A stretch of 41,249 nucleotides of DNA from Tubiluchus corallicola (Eukaryota; Animalia; Priapulida). The position numbers and the translations under genes are program-made. Location: assembly GCA_030141605.1 (NCBI GenBank), contig JAQGDQ010001435.1:1-41249 (forward strand). The letters are read 5' to 3'. Each line of letters opens with the position of its first letter. The first letter of the stretch is position 1. The notes under the pieces were generated by a model. It did not search any database, was not told where the DNA came from, and saw only the letters and a list, made by a program, of their open reading frames with translations. This document shows positions 32,040 through 41,249 of the stretch, piece after piece.

Positions 32040-32480
32040 CAATGTCTTGGAAACGATTTTTCAATATATCAAAAAGTAAATCATTTGTAAAGTTTTCTGA
32101 GCAACTGCATCACAAATTACACGGGATTAATTCTAGCTATAGCTGAATTTGAAAGTCGGGAATGCGAATGCCTGCAGACATTGAACGGGCAGGGTTCTAA
32201 CACAGATTGTTTTAATCTAATTTAATATCATAATACCATAAAAATCTAATAGCAGTGGCCATACCAAGATATAGTAGGAAAATTGGTATTATGAAGATAT
32301 AATATTATTACTTTTACGTCATTATGATGTCACATTGCAAAAGTCCATGTTCACATAGGAATTTTTTCAACATCCTTCAGTATATCAGAATATGTCTACT
32401 GCACAGATAACTGCTTCTTTTGGAATGCCCCTACAACAGAATCTGTCACCTTATTCGCACCTCCTCTTTTACTTGTAAAA
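32040..32480 (+). mobile_element. LINE reverse transcriptase relic
   Basis: SWKR..IKK, CITNYTGLIL (~NYRGISL), GSNTDCF (~ST.D.IF), PYQDIVGKL (~H..LL.KL), FGMPLQQNLSP..LLFYL (~GVPQGS.LSP.LF). Confidence 0.45.
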
Positions 32481-34200
32481 CGTTAAAGGACAAGAAAATG
32501 GGCAACCAGTGTAACCCTCAGAAAATTCACAATAAAAAATTATATCACCCAAGTATAATCTTAAGCGAATAAAATACTCAAGTTTTCGCATTTAGTCCAA
32601 TTTTTGTAAAATATTTCAACCGCTGCAGTAAACGTTGGCGCAGACATGTTTCATGTAGTCCGCCAATTGAAAAGCCAGCATGTGACTGATCACCTGACAT
32701 GATCGCAGTGAGTTCTGAGCACGAGTACTATAAAGATTTGTGTTGTGGTTCTGTGACGCCATCTAATATGGCGCCGCCGTGACAGTCTCGCGGGAGTATT
32801 TAAAATGAAAACAAACAGGAAATTCTTTTAACTTTTAAAGATAGCCTCTAACCGTTATAATTCTTTTAGCGAAAATTTTCTGAGACTTGCTTTAACTTGG
32901 CCTTTTCTTGTCTTTTAAGTCGCGTTGATTGCTGAAATGATTCTTTTGAATGTTATTAGTTTATGCTTTACATATATATTAGGCTAGCTTATGTTTTACA
33001 TATCATTAATTTGTTTTTCGGCTTATTTTCATTTTGTTGACTGTTGAACAAAAGCAAGCATATTTGCATGGAACATCTCGAATTACTCTAATTTCATCTA
33101 ATTTTAAAATAGACTGAAGTATCAGAGTGAAACTTTGTGAAATATTCCAGAAGTTCAATAAATAATTAATAGACGACTCTAAGTTACTACAAATGTATAA
33201 TGTTTTAATTACATAATACATGATTAATGATTAGATACATAATTGTGCAGAATTTTTAGCTAAATGTATATTAAACATGCAATAAATTTATCGACCTACA
33301 TCACTTCATTAATTATTAGTTTATATTAATGTAAATCGTTAAAACGCTCCTCTCTGAAACACTCTATCATTTTTAATATGCTTTTAACGCCAGAGTACAC
33401 AGTGAAAATTTTCCTTTGAGCTTCTAAAGAATAGGTTCTGTCTAACACATGCGGTGAAGAATACGAAAATTTATTGCATATTGTGTTACCGTGTCACAGC
33501 TGAGTCACAGTCTGTTAATAAGGCTTGAATTAATTATCATTCCTCTTTCCACCCGAAATGGCTAACTGATTTACCATCTGAAGGTAAGAGGATGTATGTT
33601 CTTATCGGGTAGATGAGCGCTTAACTGCAAATCGCTAACTTCCTTTCAATCACTAAAAGATAGACTCTGCGAGAGATTATGTGTGTGATTAATTATCTTT
33701 AAGTAGGGAACCACTTTAAGCAGATTTATAAGAGGTTATATGTGATAGAAAGGTTCAGCGCGTATTATTTCTACTTTTTTCTTCGAGAGGTAATTATTTA
33801 TGAGATATTTTTGTTTTTTCTTAGGTACGCGCGCGACGTGATCAACACAGAGGTGGAAGAAAAGTTGTTACTTGGCACACATGAACCCCCTAACTAATTT
33901 AGGAAATAACAGTAAATTACGCCGTATGATATTTGTCAGTGGCTCTTTCGTATGTTGCCTGAAACTTGTTAAAACTTTAGGTATGCTACATGCATGCCTT
34001 TCAACATGTATACTATTAGATTTAAAGGAGAGCACATCACTTTCCTGAACAATTTTCAAACAAAGCTTTAGTATCATAGTCAGGCGTTTTCTTTGGTTTA
34101 GATTCGGTGTTTGTAGAGAGTGGACATACTTTGCAGATACTTGAATACTGAAATGTAGAAATACATAAATAAATAAACAATAAAAAAAATTATAGAAATG

Positions 34201-34300
34201 AAAGAGAGAAAGAAAGAAAGAAAGAAAGAATGAATGAATGAATGAATGAACGAATGAATGACTGGATGGACGAATGAATAAATGAATGAATGAATGAATG
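34201..34300 (+). repeat. (GAAA)n-(GAAT)n compound microsatellite
   Basis: Read directly from the sequence. Confidence 0.95.
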
Positions 34301-34519
34301 ATGTCCTTAGTTGCGTGATTACTTACAGTGTCCACACACGTGCGTCAGCTGTTAATAAATTTGGTAGTGGATAGTAAGAAAGACTAGGGTACTCTGTTTC
34401 ATAATAAATTTCTGAAAGTGTTGAATGTACTTATATATTTATTTTCGTTTTATCAACAAAAGTCATAAATATATTTTGTAGCATTAAACTTGCCTATCAA
34501 ACACGAATAAACCTTTCAT

Positions 34520-34950
34520 TAATCATTATGTCTTATAAACACACAAAAACATAACTTTGTGAAATGTATTGAAATTTCGAAGACTCCCAAGCTTTCTCGG
34601 TTATTTTTGCCGCCATTAAATGGGCAAACCGCGCTCGTAAATCTTTTCTTCATAAGCAAGAAACGCCAGGCGTACTTTTGATGGTTCTTTTTCACAACGT
34701 CTGCATATGGTTTCATTAGAATTTTTCATCATGAGCTTTGGGAAGTAGTTTTCCAAAAAGCGAAGTGATTGCTGAAGCTGCACTCACCACAATGCCAAAG
34801 AAGTTTTAAAATTTCAACGCGCAAGCTTCGATTTGCAATTACTGAACTTTACATGGGCGCACAGTCCTTGTTTTCTATTGACAGCCTAGTGCATGTTGTC
34901 ATCAATGCTGCCGCAATCAGAACATTCTTTCGTGTAGAACATCTGCACAA
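34520..34950 (-). mobile_element. Possible Mutator-like (DGxWxKRG-type) transposase relic
   Basis: ECSDCG...RKQGLCAHVKFSNC, then MKPYADVVKK (~SM..AA.EV) and AVCPFNGGKNNRESLGVFEISIHFTK (~V..DG.WQKRG..SLNG...IS..TGK). Confidence 0.35.
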
Positions 34951-36699
34951 AACTTGGAGAAGTTAGACCTCGAACGACTTTCATCGTCAGAAAAGAAGTC
35001 TCGTTTATTTCAGTTGCAAATTGGTAGCGTGAATTTAATCAAGCGACCACTAAAACGCTCGTCGAATTTTTCTGTTCCTGTCTTGTCATCGTCTCCGAGG
35101 ACTTTTATTTGTCTAGAAAACATATTAAATGCATTTGCCCATTGGCGATACTTTTGTAGTAGGAAATCCATGTTTACTTTTGAAATAAAAAGAAAAAGAA
35201 AATCAAACGATTTTCTTAAATTTCAAATTGAAACAACAATTTATTATGTACAATTACAAACTTTATATTTCAGTTATTATATAGGTGACGAAGACTCAGG
35301 CAGCTTAGGGTAAATCAAAACCTCCTGGCTTTAATGTGAATATTTCAGCTGAATAAATTACAGGTAATACAAAGTAAAGATTTTTTTACATTGAAAAAAT
35401 TTGATTTGATTTATAGTTAATTGGATTACGTTTGAAAAATTGCTCACATTTAGATAGTTTCAGTGTTCATCTATTTCTCTAAAATGTCAGGCCTAGTAAT
35501 CAAGATTTGAGTTCAAATCACAACTTGCTCCTGATTTTTCAATGTTAAATGTCTGTTTTTAGTTTACGAAAGTTATTTTGTTAAACAACGCGTATTAGTT
35601 TTGGCGCGTGTTATAGCTGAGCCTGTGCTGTGGGTTTTCTATATACGGTATAAACATTATTAAAAAAGAAAATATAGTACAGAAGTTCCTGTGTCCGCAA
35701 TTCCCAGAATGAACAGATAATTTAATCGATAAAAACGAAACAAAGGAGAAATGAAAACCGATAACGTCAATGCGTCATTCCTTTTATTAACTATAATATT
35801 ACCTATTGTAAGATTCTGTGTATCTTATTTTTAAAATCTCGGTTACGTCGCATCATTACCCGACTTAAACATGTTTATGCAGCGCTCTCTTGATTATTGT
35901 AACAGGAATTGCTTTAACGGCAGTCACTTAGGTGGTTAACATTACGCATGTTAAGTCATAGATTACATATGTTAGGTACCTGTAGATTAACTTACAGATT
36001 GTAGGCAATCTATAGAAGTCTTTAGTAAGTAGTCCTTAGGACATCAAAATAAGCTTTTTCATTTTTTTGCTTTGCTGTCTGGTATTTTCTCTTTCTTTTA
36101 TGGGTTTTGCTTTTCCCAAGCCATACACAAGTGACGCCTTTAGCAATATGCCATCGACATGCAAAGGTTATAGAGCAGCATAAAGTTATGGGAGTTCTCT
36201 ACTGCAGCTCGTTCGTTGGAAGAGATTGAAAATAATTTGCAATAAAGTTAACAACGACGCAGTCGTAACTGCAAGAACTTTTAGACTTAACTACATTCCC
36301 AAAAGGCGAAATGTTGGATGTCAAATTGTATAGTCGAAAATATACCAAAATTTTCACGTGTCGTTGTAATGGGATAATTTAATTGACGTTGCCATAACCA
36401 TTGAGTTTTTACTGTTTGTTTCTTATTATGATTACAGCCTGTTGCCTTTTTTATTTAGAAAAACGTTATTCGGAAAAACTGGCAAATCCTCAGCATTCAA
36501 ATTCTAGCCTTTTGCGAACCTGGTTTCAGACTTTGTGCAAATAAGGTTTTATTTAATTATTTGTTTATTTGATTCCTTCGGGAACAAACATATACATAGG
36601 CTCTTTTGTGTTCTCCTTGGTTTTAATAAAACTTCATTTTGCAGAAATGATCTGTGTCACAGTAGTACGATAGCTTTGACAGAGCAAGAACAACACAAC

Positions 36700-37090
36700 G
36701 ATATGAAGGCTCATTTTCAGTAGCAAGACCTTCCACATTTAGACATAACTTTATTTTTGCTGACCGTTGATCTTGGACTTGTTGAGTTGACTTGGAATGA
36801 CCTTTACGATGTTCGCAATATTGGTATCGGCCGTTCCACTCTTGATCACAGAGCTTTTCATCCATTTTCAGCTCCTTAACCGTATCAGAAAGAAAGGCTT
36901 CAAACTTAAAGTCTCACAGGTTTGGTCAACTATGGTCTTTATTTTTTATTTTTTTTCAAACAATCGTATAAGTTAGGGATGTTGTTAGAATGACTTGTGT
37001 GACCGCTTCTGTTTATAGCCATGTACATTAGATAAGAAAACTTGGAAGCGAATAGCTTTAGCAGACAATACCCATTTTCCATATACGGAC
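36700..37090 (-). mobile_element. Possible Gypsy integrase C-terminal (GPY/F) relic
   Basis: FLSDTV...KLCDQEWNGRYQ (WNGRY at 36824-36838; ~GD.V...KL..W.GPY) and LNVEGL. Confidence 0.3.
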
Positions 37091-37344
37091 GTGTAGACAG
37101 AATAGTCCCACGGGACAGATAAGCGAACAACAAACAACAACTAGATTTTTAAGTTGTTTATTAACTTGATTTTTTTGAATTTCAGTCGTGTTAGGTACAG
37201 AAAGTACTGAACTCACATTTCCTAAAGCTCATCTGCTCATCTCGGTTTTTAAATCGTCACAATGAAAATTTTGGCTTAATTAGCTTGATTTTAGGCGAAG
37301 TCAGTTAAAAATATACCTTCAACAATGTCAACCGAAAAAGTTAA

Positions 37345-37765
37345 AACGATATGCATGCAGTCTTTGTATAATATCATTAAAAATTTTTTTTCACCAACGC
37401 AAGCTTTCTGTTCATTTAGATGCGCGGTTAAAACAGCTGGTGCTGTTGCTGGAATTTGCAGTTCTCAAGCAAATGTACACACATTGCGCTTTGCAAGTCG
37501 TGCCATCAATTTCAAGCCATTAACACGGAAATTAAATGAACGCGATATTTCAGAGTAGCGTGTACGTAAATAACGGGAAAACTATGTAAATATTAGCACT
37601 GAACTTTAAAAGGCTTGATAAAATCTAATAGTTCTTGGTAAAATAACGGCAACACATTGTACATGTATTCGATAAAGTATAATGCTCCACTTGCAATTAA
37701 CGAGGACCTTACCCTAAACGCCCTGTCAATTGAATGGATCACGCATAGATCCATTTTCAAGCTGT
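37345..37765 (+). mobile_element. Gypsy-type RT connection/RNase H relic
   Basis: CMQSLYNIIK (~CQ.AF..LK), LSVHLDA (~F...DAS), AVLKQ, FASRA (~AYASR.L), NERD, then degenerate TDHK.L and AD.LSR equivalents. Confidence 0.5.
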
Positions 37766-37854
37766 TTTTAAATTAATTTGGGTACTTGGTATATAGTCAA
37801 ATAGCCAGCCAATAGGCAGCCAAGGACTACTAATTCAGTTAGCCATTCAGTAAA

Positions 37855-37938
37855 TCGGTCAGTTTAATGGTCAGTCAGTCAATAATTAAATCAGTCAGCC
37901 TGTCAGTCAGTTAGTTAGTCATGCACTCAGTCAGTCAG
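37855..37938 (+). repeat. Degenerate (AGTC)n tetranucleotide repeat
   Basis: Read directly. Related tracts at 12559-12611 (+), 38393-38430 (-) and 21201-21370 (-). Confidence 0.8.
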
Positions 37939-38820
37939 GGTCGTAAAAGGAGTTAACATCATTTCTGTGTAAATTAGAATACACTGCGCCTCATTTTGAT
38001 TTTTACTGCTTTTTATTTTATGGCTCTTCACCCCAACGTACCACTATCTGTCTGCTTTAATGGAAATTCTGTATTCAACACTGGTACTATTGTCTAAAAT
38101 ATTTAAAAGGAGCACTACGAGTATACAATTCCGACACTGTAACTTTAAACGAACTTGTTAGAGCAGGAGCAGGATTTCGTAATTTGAAAAGACGTAATAT
38201 GTAAAGAAAGGTGACCATTGCTTAAAGAAAATCATTGCAATAGTTATTGTAGAACGCTGTAATCGTTATTTCTTAATTTGCTGATTGTCTTCTCTTTAAT
38301 AGGTATCACTGTTGTAGTAGTTGTGTCATTGTTGCTTGAATTCACTATGTGGAACGGCCCAGAAGCAATATGTTAACTTCTTTTCTGATCTTCTGACTGA
38401 TTGACTGGCTGACTGACTGACAAACTGACTAATTGTGAGATTTAAGGAGACTTTATAGAACACCAGGCAGCAGGCTTTATAGGTCGCTAATCTAATGTTC
38501 GTTATAAACTCTCGCTGGTTCACAATAATGTTTCGTATGTGTGCAGATTAAGGCAGACGTCTTTGCTTGAATATAATTTTTGCCATTCTTCGATCCCTTC
38601 CCTGTAGGTCTACGAGGCGAAAAATATGGAAATCTGTCAGATGTAGTTAACATAGATCTCATGAGTAACAAATTTTTCTTCTTCAGTTTTCAGTAGGGAT
38701 CCTTCTTTGCGTTTCTCAGCATGGCCTCTGTACTACATCGATTTTCTTGGAAATTATTTCATGTTTTATTGACTGTAACAGGTTTGCTTGGTGTCCAGCC
38801 TTATCCAAATTTTAACTAGT

Positions 38821-38906
38821 GATTGGCGATCAACTTGAACGTGCTATACATTTTGCTATTTAACTGTAATTTCCAACAATTATATATTACTTTTTTACAG
38901 GTATGT
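38821..38906 (+). other. Candidate 3' splice site fused to a 5' splice site (recursive-splicing-like)
   Basis: TTACTTTTTTACAG|GTATGT, with no AG in 38821-38898 and a TTTAAC branch-like motif near 38859. Confidence 0.35.
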
Positions 38907-39102
38907 AAATGTAGGGAGCCGAATTCTTGCAATGTTACTTACTTTAGTTAGTAGCTAGTTTCGTCGACCAGTGTTCTAGGTGTAGGCTTAACACTGTTGT
39001 AAAGAATCCTCTAATAAAGCCAGAATTATATGCTTGCTACACTGCATTATAGTCTCTGTTTTCTTAAATCAGCTTTCCGCCTGGATAGGTACCTGCTGTT
39101 GA

Positions 39103-39372
39103 TAATTATAATAAAATAATAAATAATAATGATCTTTATTTAAAATCGACTTTCGGGTGAGCAATTAACATTAGCTCAAAGAGCTATTATCGCAACTGCA
39201 AATAACAACCTACAGACTATTATAACCCCACTTTTACACTAAATGCCACGCGCCAGGCAGGGAACAGCAGGTACCATTTTTAAAGTGTCTGGTATGACCC
39301 GGTCGCTGTATCGAACTCGCGACCTCCCAGACGGAAAGCGGACGCGTTACCACTTAGGCTACCCAACACGAT
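39103..39372 (-). mobile_element. tRNA-derived SINE with Meta-type central domain and (TTA)n-rich tail
   Basis: A box TAGCCTAAGTGG (39350-39361) and B box GAGTTCGATAC (39308-39318). Then GGGTCATACCAGACACTTTAAAAATGGTACCTGCTGTTCCCTGCCTGGCGC, which resembles the MetaSINE domain as recalled. AATAAA and a TTA-repeat tail follow. Confidence 0.85.
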
Positions 39373-39812
39373 CTACTCATAGACAGAAAGTTGGTAAATT
39401 AAAATGAGATGATAATTGTTCAACAGTTTTAAGGTTATCTCCCTGTTCTCTTGTATTTACAATCTTGATGTATTTACAATACATTTTACAAGCCTCCGAA
39501 AGAAAATCGGATTCAAGCTGAGATTTTGTTATACGTGAGTGAACTTAATTTAAACGACGTAGATTGTTGAAAAAGTGGAGAAACGTATGGTATAAAAAGA
39601 ACGAAAATTGTAAAACCAGTTGACTTTTTCCAATAGAGCGTACTATAGTTATAGCAAAAACAGTAAAGTGTCTAATTTTACTAGATGAGACAAATAAGCA
39701 AGTAATGAAAATTCACATTCAAATACATTTGCAAACAAATTCCCACAGCAAAAATTACCTCCTTGGTGACATGATTGCAAATGGAAGGTTGCTTGCGGAC
39801 CACTATACTTAC

Positions 39813-39962
39813 GAATGCAATGGAATAAATGGATTCATTTTGAAATACATTTTTCTCTGCTCCATCCTGTCAAATTTCGTCTCTGCCATGATATCAGTTG
39901 ACAGAGAAGAACCAAAATTATTGCGGTTCTTGAGACAGTTCGCCAGGTTTGACAAAACTGTG
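39813..39962 (-). CDS. Candidate 150-nt exon of an unidentified gene
   Basis: Acceptor CTCTCCTGTATAG, donor TC|GTAAGT, length divisible by 3. The frame TVLSNLANCLKNRNNFGSSLSTDIMAETKFDRMEQRKMYFKMNPFIPLH is open and closes right after the donor. No recognisable homology. Confidence 0.3.
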
Positions 39963-41249
39963 CTATACAGGAGAGTATGCTAATATCTACTAATAATGTA
40001 TTGTTGGCAATACGTTGTTACTTAAAATGTCACTGAGGTGAATTTCGCAAGATATTTTATCCCATCTTTAAGCCAACAATGTGTTAGGAATGGTTTCGGC
40101 GCATTGAACCCATCCACATTCAAAATGCTACCCGCGCATAATACAAAGAACAAAGCGACAAATCTTTAAAACAATAAATGTCAGTATAAAACATGATGAA
40201 TAGTAATTATACCGAAGCTCTACGACAAAACAGTGAAACTGCCACGAATCTGAACAACAACGCTACTAACATGAATCGTATATGTAATTGGCTGCCTTTG
40301 CAATGCAGATGTGAGAAGAACTGATAATGTCAAAGAACATTTTCTGTTTTCATTTAATCTGAGACGCTGTCACTTTTAATTGGCGGGATTTGTACTTGCT
40401 GCCGCTGTGATCACGAGATAGCCAGCATTGTTTTCTAGCGCGCAGCCATAAATTTGCAGTGGAATGTTTATCGGATCGGGAGACATTGTATACTGTAATT
40501 AAGTGAACAATTTTTAAATAGCTAAACTAAACTAAATGATATATAATAGTTTAAGAAAACGGATAGTAACCGACTTACAGTAGTGATTGGTTATTTTATT
40601 TTCTGCTGTATTTTTTGTCTCAGATACTTATAGGTATTGTTAGCTCTTTGCCTAAAGTGGCCTTTTTTACGGTGATTCTACCTGTTGTAGTTCTTCTCTC
40701 GATGTTCATTGTTTGAGATAATGTTTTTTATGTTTTTGCCAAAGTGTTTGTGGCTGACTCTTCGTGTGTGTGAAATTTTATATGCTGATCGTTTTTTGTA
40801 GACATCAGCAATTTTTAGTCAACGCAAACGTTGTTGTATTTGTCCAATTTGTCAGTGGAGTGGGTGTTGCGGTTTATGTTGGTTTATTTATAGTTTATTT
40901 ATAGTATTTAGTTCTACGACTTTTCTGTTGATTTTAATTCATAAGCAGTGCTATTGCAGGCTGTAAAACATAATTTTACATGAAAATGTCAAGAGGCACT
41001 GATGCACACAGGATCTGGTAGAATGCCATCTGGTAATGACTTGCACGAAGTGTGCTTCATGTTTTTCACATAAACAAATTACGCCTAACTTCTAGACTCA
41101 GGGATAAATATTGCTAATAAGAGTCACTAATGGTTGAAGAACAGAATATAGTAGACAGCAGCACGCGTCCGCCGGGAATTTATACTCAATTTTACTTGAG
41201 TTTTCTATTGGAAAACAAATTAATTATCTGTTTTTTGGAAGCTTGGGGA

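Noticed and set aside
32257-32290. Meta-domain-like GGCCATACCAAGA...AAAATTGGTATT
   Set aside because: No tRNA head. Better explained as part of the LINE RT relic.
33868-34335. Longest ORF (155 aa)
   Set aside because: It runs through the (GAAT)/(GAAA) microsatellite and has no domain.
35490-35525. B-box-like GAGTTCAAATC
   Set aside because: No A box or SINE body recognisable.
1-41249. CRISPR array, rRNA, prokaryotic operons, conserved miRNAs
   Set aside because: No regularly spaced repeats and no gene-dense coding. Only seed-length resemblances to known miRNAs, without hairpins.

Overview
AT-rich eukaryotic (animal-like) DNA that is intronic or intergenic. No intact protein-coding gene is recognisable: the listed ORFs are short, several are microsatellite artefacts, and none is a complete gene. 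Most of the window is a graveyard of heavily decayed, deletion-shortened transposons, recognised by eye from conserved motifs lying in the correct order across shifting frames. These include several LINE fragments, three Tc1-like transposases, hAT pieces, Gypsy pieces, a possible DIRS-type recombinase and a possible Mutator-like transposase. Also present are a well-preserved tRNA-derived SINE with a Meta-type central domain, foldback elements, microsatellites, a candidate promoter/first exon near 4.8-5.6 kb, and candidate splice signals including a recursive-splice-like site at 38900/38901. The most notable signal is a repeat family with three copies of a minimal type-I hammerhead ribozyme of the Penelope-like-element kind. 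The motif has a palindromic stem III, shows stem II covariation between loci, carries a compensatory U3-A8 core variant in two copies, and lies in or at the end of inverted (foldback) structures. A marine invertebrate such as a tunicate is a guess only. All protein-relic calls are manual and need HMM confirmation.
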